Assembly: GCA_965113315.1 (NCBI GenBank)
Contig: OZ220371.1
Length of the DNA: 64,000 bases
Origin: Podarcis vaucheri
Lineage: Eukaryota
Direction: 5' to 3' (one strand)
Part shown: positions 41,301-53,090 of the stretch, piece by piece
Numbering within the stretch: the first letter of the stretch is position 1
How the letters are laid out: each line of letters opens with the position of its first letter
Program-made: the position numbers and the translations under genes
Notes under the pieces: generated by a model
What the model saw: the letters and a program-made list of their open reading frames with translations, nothing else
What the model was told of the DNA's origin: nothing
Database searches by the model: none

Positions 41301-43400
41301 AGAGAGCTTGGTGAATAAAGCTAATTGACAGCTCTATCCTACGCATACTCAGAAAGAAATCCCATTGAGTTCAGTGAGGCTTAGCGTCAGGCTAAATGAG
41401 TACAGGATTGCGGCCCAGGTTTGCCTCTGACCCCAAAATAACAATAGTCTATTTCCACTTCACCACAAAAGATTCTCCAACACAAGGCCCATTAGAGATC
41501 ATTGGAAGAACTCCCATTCATTTGAGTGGGACTTGTGTTGTGTGGATAAAGTCCACAGTAACTATTGATGGTTAAAAGGGGATGCTTCAAATCTAGAACA
41601 TTTCTGGGGGAAGTGGTGAGCTGTGGCTGTTCCGCATTCTGATCTCATCTGTAGCTAAGAAACTGTTTGTCGAGAAATAACCAAAATGAAAACTGGCTAT
41701 TCACTTCCTCCTACTCATTGCATAACAACAGCTCTTCATGTCTGGAACATCACCAAGGACAGAACACGAGAATAAGAAAGGGAAAAAGAAAGAGAAATTC
41801 AGTCTGACAATCTAGAATAATAATGCAGACTGAAAGCAACGCTTCCTAACGTTAGGCTAAGAGCTGTCCACAAGGGGCCTGCAGTCAATCATCTGTGTGA
41901 TCACACTGTCCAGGATCCCTAAAATGGATTACCTCATTCCTTCTGAAAGCTCTGCAGCAGTAAAAGCTCTCACTAAAAATAACATATGCATAATGTGCCT
42001 TCTATGCTCTGCTAACCCGAATATCTCTTGCAAGCAAGCAAAGAAAGCACATCGCTGCTCCGAGAAATCTATTGACACTCTCGCAGGGTCTGCCACTGGG
42101 AAAGCTTACAAAATGTAGATAAACCAGAGACTGTTATTTTATCTGCTTTCGGCAGCCTGCTGCCAGTGAATTTTCATTTTATTTTTCCTTTACTCATCTT
42201 TTAATGCTGGAACAGACTTTGTATAAAATAAAGTAACGATTGCTCTAGGTCAAAATTAGAACGTAAATAGCAAGCCTGTTTTAGCACTGATTCATTAAAA
42301 TGCAGTGCTACCTTTTCCAGCTATCACTACAGTACTGTGCTATATTACATTATTCTGACTGAAACTTCTGCCCAAGCCATAGTTTAGTGCAACTGTGGCC
42401 TATGAGACATATATACCAAGATGGTTTTATTTTGGTCTTATTTTCATTTCATTTCCAGATTCGCCTAATATAAGCAGTCTTGAAGTTCAATGCCTAAAAT
42501 ATTCAGCAAATCTTCCCTTGGCACACTGAGAAATAAAAAAAGAGTTAAAAGCAAAGTCATCGTTATATTTTTTCATTGTTTGAATTTTGGGGACTTTGCT
42601 ACTCTCCCCCCCCCACCCCCTTTTTCTTTTCACATTGATAGTAGGAATCGAGACTAGTTAATGGCTGATTGTCCTCTAGTCTGCCTGTGACAGAAAATGT
42701 TGGTGCTATGCATCTGTGAGAACCAGTGGTGTTGGAAGAAATCTAGCTTTTATCATATTAAGGGCCCCACAGTTCACCTTAATCAGTCTGAAGAACTGCC
42801 TGATGTATCTTAAATTAAACTCTGGACACAAACCACCAGGCACTGCTGTTTCACATCTTCCATTAAATCCACAAGTTTGCCCACAGAAGTGAGCAGATAT
42901 TGCACAGCTCCATCAGGGACACTATCTTTGGCTCATAAAGTTTTCTAGTATAAAAAACCAAAATCCAATCAAGGCCTCCTGTCCAAAACCCTGATGTGGT
43001 ATGCTATATCTGATGACAATTTCAAAGCTCTGCCACACTATCAGTTTTCCCTTCTCATCACTTTCTGCAACTTTTATATTAACTATGGATAATGAATCTA
43101 AATACTCACCCCCTCTGCTTTACATTAATTACCAAGCAAAAATTGGAGTCTCCCCCCCCCCCATTTTACATACATGCTGATACCTGGAATATTTATACAT
43201 TCCAAAGAGCAAAAGTTTATCTGGAAACCTGAAATCATTTTTTCGCTTATCTGAAGGATTTTCTGTTTATCTTTTGACTCTACTCTTCAGGGTATTTCTA
43301 CTGCATTTATTTCTGGTTATTGAACACACATGCCCAATAGTTGGGCCGGGGGTGGGGGTAGGAATGCCCTGGGTTCCTATCCATTATGTAAACCAATTAC

Positions 43401-44370
43401 CTTGTACAAATTCTGATTTCCTGCTTACTGTAGGCAAGGTCCGGTTCAGCCCAAGGATCCTGTCCAAATGGAAGGCAAACACTTCGCTCATGTCAAGAGG
43501 TCTCTTCATGAGGCCACAGTGCCCTTGGCTGCAAACACCTCCTTTGGCTGACCTGTTAACCATAGCAGCCCCCTCAAGTACCAGAAGTACTCCATACTGA
43601 GAAGGTGCCTCTTGTATATTCTCTATTTTGGAATCCGCCAGATGACGCATACTTAAGATATCATCTTTGCTCAGCCATGATGGTGGGCTTTCGCTGTACA
43701 TCCTGATATTGCTCTCCAGAGCACTGGGCTGAACATTTGCTCCTCTTACCAGAGGTCTCCAACGTCTCTTGTCTTTCTTGGGTGTTTCTTTCTCTTTGAA
43801 CTTCTCCTGGTGCTCCCTTGCTCTCTCTGGGACTGCTCCTGATCTCCTCTTATTCATAGAATTATTAGTCCCATGAAGTGGCTTTTGGATTAAGCTCTTC
43901 TCCTGGCCAGCGACAACCAATGGGTCCTTATTTTCATCGTGCAAAGGTACTGTTTGTTTCTTCCTTCGCTTGGGTTTCACGGTGCCTCGGATGTTGGCAG
44001 GTTTGCTGCGCTTGGACCGCAGGGTGATATACACCACATTGGGCAGTGCTGAAGTATCATTTGTTCCCATCTGGGGTCTTTCCAGATCAGAAAGCAACAA
44101 GGTGTCATCCAATGGGATTTCGAGGGAAAGAGTCTGCGCAGCATCTTGGAGATTCTGGGAATTTGCTTTCAGGGGTCTCATTCTGTGCTGTGGGACAATG
44201 TGACCTACTTGGCTGACAAGGAACCCCAGATATATCACAAAGGCTGTGCCCAACAACAAATTCCTTCTGGTCCTTGGGCACCTGCCACTCCAGAGTCTTA
44301 GCAACTGGGGTGCGCACAGAGAGCAAATGAACCAGTTTAAAATTTGGCATGTCTGATCCAGGAAGCTCAT
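43401..44370 (-). CDS. GASK1B: GASK1B/FAM198B coding exon 1: cytoplasmic tail, type II TM anchor, stem with RSKR site, start of the kinase-like domain
   Basis: [22 protein letters not shown]...[21 protein letters not shown]...[23 protein letters not shown]...[29 protein letters not shown] is recognisable as FAM198B. Ends at a CAAG|gtaatt donor; 970 nt, phase 1. Confidence 0.95.
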
Positions 44371-44492
44371 TTCTCCAGTGAATCAACATGATGAATGTAG
44401 CTTAGGAATTCACTGGTTGCCTGCTAGGATGATGATGGTGATGATGCATGCCTTCTAAATTATCGGATTTCTCCTCCTCTTTTTCCAGCTCT

Positions 44493-44541
<49 letters not shown>

Positions 44542-44644
44542 GTGTACACACACAAACACACACACACTGGAAATGCCCAAGGAATGTGAATGTTCAGTTG
44601 TAATTAATCTGACAGGCTGTCCCAACAAGCTGTTAAAATCTTAT
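44371..44644 (-). other. GASK1B: Putative GASK1B 5'UTR portion of the first coding exon, containing a dinucleotide repeat and two uAUGs
   Basis: Candidate acceptor ccctctgtggtggcag|ATAAG at 44645/44644. A candidate upstream non-coding exon donor AG|gtaaga lies at 45599/45598. The exon boundary is inferred, not proven. Confidence 0.45.
44495..44567. repeat. (GT)n followed by (CA)n
   Basis: Seen directly; self-complementary. Confidence 0.95.
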
Positions 44645-46612
44645 CTGCCACCACAGAGGGTGTGAGTTTGTTTCAGAGAATGAATGGAGTCGGCTGTGTA
44701 AACACAGTTAACTGAGTCACAGTAGGAAAAGTCTGGGAGTCCCTTCTGGGCTGGCACAGAGCTATAGAGGAGAGAATTATAAATACCATTTTATAGTCAT
44801 CATCATTCGTGGAGTTATTTTTAAACCCATGTAAATCTTTATAACACGGGAAGACACCCGAAGACACCAAAACCTGCATATATACACATATATATATGGG
44901 TATATATTATATGCACACAGAAAGGAAAAAAGATATTAAAATGCCAAATATTATGTCTATCAAATTAATAGAAACCCATGAAAATACCCTTCCAAACACA
45001 GCACAAAATGAATTTATTATCTACAATAACTGAACATGTAATAACAATTGTGAAAAGGAGACCTTTCCATGAGTCAGTGAAATCAGAGTTTCCTCTTCCC
45101 ATGCTAATGATAGGGAAGATGTTTTATAAAACCGTTTTTGCCTCCTATAATTATGCTCAGATATTGCATTAGCTGCCCTACCCTACCCCAATCAGGCATG
45201 CTTACATTATTTTATAATTCTCTTAGGCCTAACTTGAGCTAAACATACCCGCCAACTATTAAAATGCTTCCTGGCCCTGCGTTAAAGGTACATTGCTATT
45301 AATTGCATACATAAGCTGTGTCTCCAAAAATGGTCTGGATGTATTCACAAAACTACGCTACTGCAAATAACAATTGTAAGCTGTTCCTTGTTGCAGCAGA
45401 TTGGTGTGAGTGCTCGCAAGCCTTTATGTTTGTGTACACACACAGACACAAGTCCAAGAGCAACAGTTATATTGATAATAAACAAATGTGTACAAGTCTG
45501 TGAACTTTATTACACAAGCAGACACACACCCTGCAGTGGAACAAGAAATCACTTATGTTCAATTATGATAAGTTCATTATTTTGAAAAAGCATCTTACCT
45601 ACACAGCTTGTCTCTGTCTTTGTCTAGTAAAACTTCTTTTAAAAACACAAAAGAAACTGTGCTGGTCCATGCAAAAAAGAATTTAAAAATCCAAAATCCA
45701 CAGTTGGGCAGTATCTTTCTTAGGACCATCCAAGCTGTCACAAAATAGGGAGCAAGCTTTCAAGTTATCCAAACCTGTATTTCTGTGTTCAAAGTCCTGG
45801 AACACACAAGTCATACATGACTCTACAGCTCATGTTTTGGAGATTTCACTGCAAAGTCTACAGACCTTCAGAATGCTCTGACTGTACAGGGCGGTTGTTT
45901 CCAGATAACTGCTACACACTTACATGAACTTTTCGTCATTATTTTTTAAGCTATTTTAAATTCTGCATTGGAAAACCCCAGTGTGATGTCTTGTTTCCAA
46001 AAAGAACAGCCTTCTGTCTGTTTCTTTCTAACTCCTGGGAGCCCCCTAGTGCAAAAAACAGTTAAGAAATACCAAGCCTCTTTAATGAGAAGAAACATCT
46101 GGGAAGTCTTGACAATTTACAGCAGCGCACCTCTGCACATCAAACTAGGCAGTCATTTCCACTGAACTGAGTGAGGCTAGCTGTGATTCATTCATTTTAT
46201 TGGGCCATCAATGCCCCGAGAAGACTGTAATCAAAAACGCATAAGACAGAAAGAGGCAAGAGGGAGGTGGTAGTGAGGGTCACAAGGGAACAATATATGT
46301 TCAGTTCAATTCAATCCAACCTAACTTTGAAGTTGGGCACTAAGGGATTAAGCCAAAGATGGGGTAACAGCAGCCGTCCAAGTGTTGTTAGACTCCATCA
46401 GCCCAAGCCAAGCAGGGATGATGGGAGTTGTAGTCTAGCAATGCATGCGGGGCTATAGGTTCCCCATCTGTGGGTTAAAACAACAACAACCTGTTTGAGG
46501 AGAGTCCTGTAAGTTGCTGAGGCCCAAAGGAGCCCACCCACCATGACATAGCCTTTTTATTACTGATGCTCCATAATGTTGTACACAGCCCTGGGATCTT
46601 TTGATAAAGGGT

Positions 46613-46613
<1 letters not shown>

Positions 46614-46652
<39 letters not shown>

Positions 46653-46662
46653 CACACACACA
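46614..46662. repeat. (GT)n/(AC)n microsatellite
   Basis: Seen directly. Confidence 0.95.
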
Positions 46663-47496
46663 TATTAAACCGAACTGAACTGGGGGGGTGCTATCTGAAC
46701 AGCCCTCTAGTTGTGCTCTGAGGCACCTTGGCAGTTAAGCTAGACTGTTGGTCTCTATGAAGAAAACCTGACTGAAGACATAAAATAAAATTCTTCAAAC
46801 TGACAGGATTAATGATAGCGAACTGGTGAGGTGCATTAACAACCTTGCATTAATCTTCTTAGCATATTTTTAATATTCCTCCCTGCTTGACAAAGTATTT
46901 TCTTTCCTGGTGAAAGATGCTCTGGAGGCTGCTCTAAAATGTCGATGACAAGAGGCGTACGGAGGAGCCAAAGTCCTGGTACTCTTCTCACCTAAGTGGA
47001 GAAATTCACTCCTGACAAATCCCATAAGCTTCCCCCATGTACGAAATTCAACCTGCTTACATTATGATCAGCCTCTGCTGCAATTTTCTGTTTTGATGAA
47101 AATGCAAACAATATATAAGCTACTGATATTTTAGTTGGTGCTTTTGTACTCAGGTTTGTTTTAGGCCAGGCTTGGAATGAATTCATTCCGTTGAACGAAG
47201 AAAAAAATGCCTTGTGCCTTTTTAACAGCTGTATGGCTGTCACAAATTAAACAGGGCAAGCCTTTTTGAGTATGGAAATACAATGATGAGAAAGCTTCAC
47301 CAGTTGACATTCTGTATGCCAGGCATCTAATTACAAGTATGTGGCCTCTGATTTAATTTTGGGCTGTAAACTTCAGCTTGTACCATTCTGAATGATGGGT
47401 AAGATGATGGAGGACAGACTTTTTATGAAAAGGTTCATTTGGGTCAACTTGAACTAAACTAGTTTGCTTTTTTAAAAGGCAAACTTGAACTAGATT

Positions 47497-47890
47497 CATT
47501 TCCGAGCACAATTCAAAGTGTTGGTGCTGGCCTTTAAAGCCCTAAATGGCCTCGGTCCAGTATATCTGAAGGAGCATCTCCACCCCCATCGTTCTACCCG
47601 GACACTTAGGTCCAGCTCCGAGGGCCTTCTGGTGGTTCCCTCCCTGCAAGAAGTGAGGTTACAGGGAACCAGGCAGAGAGCCTTCTCAGTAGTGGCGCCT
47701 GCCCTGTTGAACGCCCTCCCACCAGATGTCAAAAAGAACAACAACAACCAGACTTTTAGAAGACATCTGAAGGCAGCCCTGTTTAGGGAAACTTTTAATG
47801 TTTGATGTATTACAGTATTTTAATATATTTTTTGGAAGCCGCCCAGAGTGACTGGGAAACCCAGCCAGATGGGCGGGCTATAAATAAAAA

Positions 47891-47933
<43 letters not shown>
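47497..47933 (+). mobile_element. L2 LINE 3' end with (TTA)n tail
   Basis: FKVLVLAFKALNGLGP...RAFSVVAPAL C-terminus, 3' motif ggaagccgcccagagt...gatgggcggg and a (TTA)n tail. Confidence 0.88.
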
Positions 47934-48679
47934 GTTAGATCAGAGGGTCAGTTATACCTAGGGGGGGTGAGGGTTTTTTTAAGGATACCTGAAAAGAAGT
48001 ACAACTTCCCATCCCACCTTAAATAATGTAACCTGGTAACTGGAATCCATGTGAGAACTCCTTAACAGCTTGCTGCATAGAGTCAGTAACAATAGGAAAA
48101 GGCAATTGCCTGTATTCTTCATGCACAGGATGAAGCCCTGCTTTACCACCTCTTTGCTTCAAGATTTCATGGTGGCCATAGAGGGATGGAAACAGCAGGT
48201 TAGTGGCTGCAGGAGACTCAACCACAAACAAGTCAGAGGCACTGCATGATTCCCAGTCATGAAAAATCAATCCTCTGTATTTTTAAAACTACATGAAATA
48301 ATAACAATAGAAAGCAACATCTCATCTAAACAGAATGCCTGCTAGTTGTAAACACTCTAGGACTGCAGAAACAGGTAGGGTATTTTCTAAAGATGGGAAA
48401 TAAAGTCAGTTGCTCTAGATTGCAAAGGAAGTAATGGTCTGGGAAGAGAGCTACACTAGGCCTCCTAATATTTTTAAACAGACCTGCACTGCGATCTCAG
48501 AAAGCAGTCCAATTGTACTCTTTGGGGCTTACTTGCAGGGAACTGGATAAAGACCACAGCCCTATTGTAAGCGGACTGTTGTGGCATAAGCTTTCCAATG
48601 CCTAAATCTGTAAGCCACAAGACTGTTGTTTTTGCTACTACATTCGTTGCCAACATGAGTCTGAGCATTGTTTCATCAG

Positions 48680-48698
48680 GACCGCCAGAGGGCAGTCA
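48680..48698 (+). promoter_or_regulatory. CTCF-like motif between GASK1B and TMEM144
   Basis: CCGCCAGAGGGCAG resembles the CTCF core CCASYAGRKGGCRS. Confidence 0.45.
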
Positions 48699-49429
48699 AG
48701 ACATTCAATTATGATTTAGTTTCTTCAGAACCACAATAAATATGTAGCCACGCAATCCAACCACGTCTCCTCAGAAGTAAGTTCAACTGAACTGAGTGGA
48801 GTTTACTCCAAGGTAAGTGGAGCTAGGATTGCATAGGCCACTGTTCTGGAACGAATCCACAAATCTAGCCTACATCATCCTGGATCCTAAAGAGTAGTTC
48901 ATTCGTCCAGCCAGCCAGCCAGCATAATCAAACAGCTCACCCGCACTTGTCGCTACAGACACTGGAATTCCCTCTTCCTCATATCTATTAAAAGCACAGG
49001 AGTGAGCCTCGTCCGCTTTTGCAATCCATGGCCGTAGCCCCCCTAGAGCCACAAAAATTATCGAAAAGCCTTGAAAGAACAGTACCCAGTTAACTGATGT
49101 TCTGCCCACCCCCAACCAAAGCCTTCCCCTTGTAATGTAATGTCCTGTTTGGGGGGGGGGAGTAATTTTCCCCAACAAACCTGACCAACTTTAGGGGGAG
49201 ATCTCCTTTAAAAAAGCTGATCAACTTTGGTGGATTCCATTTAAAAAGTTGAACAACTCTGGCAGATCCCCTAAAAAAAAGCTCAAAAACTTTGGCGACA
49301 CCCCCCTAATAAAAATTCTAGCTACGTCCATGTTGCATCCCCTAGTTTGTGGTGGCCTGCAGGTGACTCAAGGGGGTCATGAGTTGCTAAAAACAGCAGA
49401 ACAGTGGAGACATTTGCTGTGTATAAATA

Positions 49430-49894
49430 CAGTGGTACCTTGGTCCTAAACTTAATCCGTTCCGGAAGTCTGTTCCAAAACCAAAGCATTCCAAAACCAA
49501 GGTGCACTTTCCCATAGAAAGTAATGCAAAATAAATTGATCCATTCCAGACTTTTAAAAACAACCCCTAAAACAGCAATTTAACATGAATTTTACTATCT
49601 AACAAGACCACTTATCAATAAAATGAAAGCAATAAACAATGTACTGCAGTCACACAATCAAGCAATCAGTAGCTGAACTGGGTTCCACACAGCCACAAAA
49701 ACAAAACAAAAAAGCAGTAAAAACAAAAACGCAAAATAAATAGCAAAAACATGACAGACCTCAGCTAAACACTCAAAATGGAAGTGTGGTGCTCAGAACG
49801 GAAGCGTTCACAAACCTGGAACACTTCCGGGTTTGCAGTGTTTGGGTTCCAAGTTGTTTGAGTACCAAGGCGTTTGAGAACCAAGGTACCACTG
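49430..49894. mobile_element. Tc1/mariner (Tigger-like) non-autonomous element
   Basis: TA|CAGTGGTACCTTGG ... CCAAGGTACCACTG|TA. Confidence 0.88.
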
Positions 49895-50596
49895 TATACC
49901 AGACAAGTAGTCTTGCTTTCTGTTTGATAATCATAACCATCATCACCACCTACCTCTCAATTTAGTTGCGGCAAGGGAACAAAAAGAAGAGGCCTACCTA
50001 ACCCCTGGTGGGCTGCGTTTGGCTCAGTGGGTCACAAATTTCTTCAAAAAAACAGAATGGGGTTAACAGCAGCATAACGTTTGGATTTACTGATGCATGA
50101 ACATAATGGCTTAGATCCTAACTTCCCTTCCAGAACAAAAGGAAGGTTTCCTACTGTTAAGTTGTGGGCGAACATATCAGACGACACAGCAATTCTTCCA
50201 AAGCAACTCTTTATCTGTAAGCTGGAACAGAACTGAACTGAGGAGCTCAGTCAGCCTGCTTATATAGAACTCCACTAGAATGCAACAGTAACCATTTTCT
50301 GTAACTAGCCAATCACTGAACGTCACTTTCGATCCTTCATTTGCATAACTATCTACAATATCCCCCTGCTGGCCCAGGGTGAGAACATCAGTACATAACA
50401 CCTACCTTCCCCTTTCTTCCGCAGCCCCTGAATATCTGTTTCTAGGGTAAGGGGATCATTAGTAATGGTATGGATCATGATGCAGCGGGCTGAAAGTGGA
50501 GGGAAAGTGTGATTCACTTCCAAGTAAAAGTGATTAAGGGTTGGTTGAGAAGCACAGCTATAATGGCTGTTGCAATCACAAGAAAGGAAACTGACA

Positions 50597-51499
50597 TGTT
50601 AGTAGAAGAATTTTGGGCAGAATTCAGTCCCAGCGCAGTTGGAAGCAAGGTTAGGTAGAAGGGGTTCTAATAATAGAAAGACAATTCTAATTAATTGCAG
50701 GAAACCAAAGCTGTCAGAGGAAAGTTAAAAGAGGCAAATCGTTAAGGAAATCAAGGCTGGCTGACTCAAGTTTGAGTCAGCAAGACTGTCAAGAACATCT
50801 GACAGAGCTTTAAAAGTCACCTGAAGCTACAGACTGCAATGCAAAATGCCAAGTTCTTCTGTATTATAAGAATTTCAGAACAAGCCTATTCCTGGGGGAA
50901 AGTCAAAGCCTCGGGAAAGAGCCATAGCTCAGTGGCTGCCACTTGTGACTAAGAAAACGTGATCATCCTTTTTTGGAGAAGAGTGTCCCCTGCCCTGTTT
51001 GGACTTCAAACGGGATACCTTTTTTCACGTAGCTCATCCTCATTCTCAAAATTGCACGGGCAGAGGGTAGGGTGGGTCTGGGAGGAGGAGTCTGAGAGAG
51101 AAAGTTTTAGTGTTGGCAGAGGATGCGTCACAGAGAGTGAGAGAGGGAGTTTGCAATTCAAGGGCCTGTTACAGTCGAGTCTTGGGTTATGCACAGGCAA
51201 GGGACAGCAGGTGGATCAGAGAGTGAGAGAGGGGGTTTGCTGGGGCCTGTGCAGGAGAGAGGGTTTTTACATGCACAGAGGGGACAGGGTGGGTCAGACT
51301 CAGAGAGCAAGAGAGGGAGTTTCTAAAACCAATTTGCATTCCAAAGCCCAGCTATGCAGGTAATGTGCAATATTTTTCTTGTTGCTTTCACTGAATAAAG
51401 CACTGCAAACCCCATGTACCACTGTAATGGATTGAAGTCATTTCTGCAAAAGGGAAAGTAATTTTCAGTCCCCCAATCTCCACCCTAACCTGTCCCACA
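50597..51499 (+). mobile_element. LTR-like element with internal purine-rich degenerate repeats
   Basis: TG start, repeated ...gagagtgagagaggg(a/g)gtttg units at 51050-51325, AATAAA at ~51394, CA end; no TSD found. Confidence 0.4.
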
Positions 51500-51883
51500 T
51501 ATTTTGGCACGAGTCTTCCCTCTATGAGACAAAATATTTGCCCTCATAGGCCTGGTCACAACCACTCGCCCACACAATTTATTGAATGAGTACCAACATA
51601 TGATTTTTTTCCTGAAAATTAACAAAAATCTATCAACCATATATAACAGAAGTTAACAAAATGCTGGCCGCATAGAACAGAGCTGCCACATTTACAGTGA
51701 TAAAGAATTGCTTGTTGGATAGCCCAGGACACAGACACACCTGTCTGCTTATTTATCACCATCTAGAGATGCACATTTACATGAATCTTATCCATGCGTT
51801 GGCAGAACTGTCCGTTTGGGGATCTTTATTGGATACAGCTGCATACCCCAGATTTTATTGCACTGGATCTCATTACCTTAGAG

Positions 51884-52017
51884 CAGGCATCCCCAAACTT
51901 GGCTCTCCAGTTGTTTTTTCGGACTACAATTCCCATCATCCCTGACCACTGGTCCTGTTAGCTAGGGATGATGGGAGTTGTAGTCCCAAAGCTGAAGGGC
52001 TGAATTGGGGATGCCTG
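51884..52017. mobile_element. hAT MITE (palindromic)
   Basis: TIR CAGGCATCCCCAA; perfect 8-bp TSD CCTTAGAG; internal hairpin ggactacaattcccatcatccct/agggatgatgggagttgtagtcc. Related copies at ~17195, ~46355, ~52220, ~52965. Confidence 0.88.
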
Positions 52018-52554
52018 CCTTAGAGACACCCAACGTCACATAGCTCATTGTTGGAGAAATTAGCCCCAATACATTTCAATCTTTCCTTGTTTGCATTACT
52101 TGCATTAGATACACCACCAGTTCCAGGGGATTAATTAGATATATGCAGATTCCTGCCTGAAATCCTGGAAGCAGGAGCAAGGCAGTGCAGACCAGACCTA
52201 GATGCTGTAGAGTCATATGTTGTTTGACTACAATTCCCATCATCCCCAGCCAGTTTACTTGGTGACCAGGAATGATGGGAAATGAAGTCCACCAAAATCT
52301 GGGCACTCAGCGTAGCAATATGGACCAATGCTCTGACTTGGAATAAAGCTATCATCTGCCTATGGCCTTCTGTATCTAGCCCACAAGCGCTGATACATCT
52401 ATTAAGTCTTCAAGGGGTGGGTGAGTGTGGGTGTGCAAGGGCACACACACAATTAACATTCAGGAATTTCTCTTCTGGTCGACTCCAAAAGAGGAAAACG
52501 TCAACCTTAGCAAGTCTGCCTTAAATAAAAGCTATGTCTTCCTCTTTCCCTTAG

Positions 52555-53090
52555 CTCCTAATCTCGTGATCACGTCGAAGCGCACACGGGGCATTAAATC
52601 CATGGCACAGAAATGGAGGGGGTGCAGAATTGGGTTTGAACCCAGCGGTTTCTCTCGCCCGCCGTCCCTCTTCGGCTCTCCAACACAAAACTGGCCGGCC
52701 CGCTTGCAAAACGCCTCCCAAATGAACGAGGCACATAGTGGGAGGGAAGGTGGGTTGATCACATGAGGACAGGGTGGAGCTCCTGGTTCCCACCCGCAGT
52801 TTAGCGTTGACCAGGAAGCAGGATCCGCAAGGGAAGTAAATTCAGGAGACAGGTTTGCATTTCTCATTGAGAGCACTTGAGCAACTTCTCGGCGAAAGAG
52901 CCTGAAGGGCAACGGAGCAAGTAAGAGCTAAATTCCTCCCGCGTTGCAAGACTTGGGCGAAGGAGGAGGCTCCTACGGCTGAACTACAGCTCCCATCATC
53001 CTTTGCCACCGGCCGTGCTCCTGGGAACGGTGGGAGTTGGAGTCCGGCAAGTCTGTAGGGCCGCGGCTGCCCCATCCCTCCTTTGGGGGT
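52555..53090 (+). promoter_or_regulatory. TMEM144: CpG-rich putative promoter and first non-coding exon of TMEM144
   Basis: Marked local CpG enrichment ~1.6 kb upstream of the ATG exon; ETS-like GGAAG motifs (~52812, ~52831); M-box TCACATGA at 52759-52766; candidate donor CAA|gtaaga at ~52920. Confidence 0.65.
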
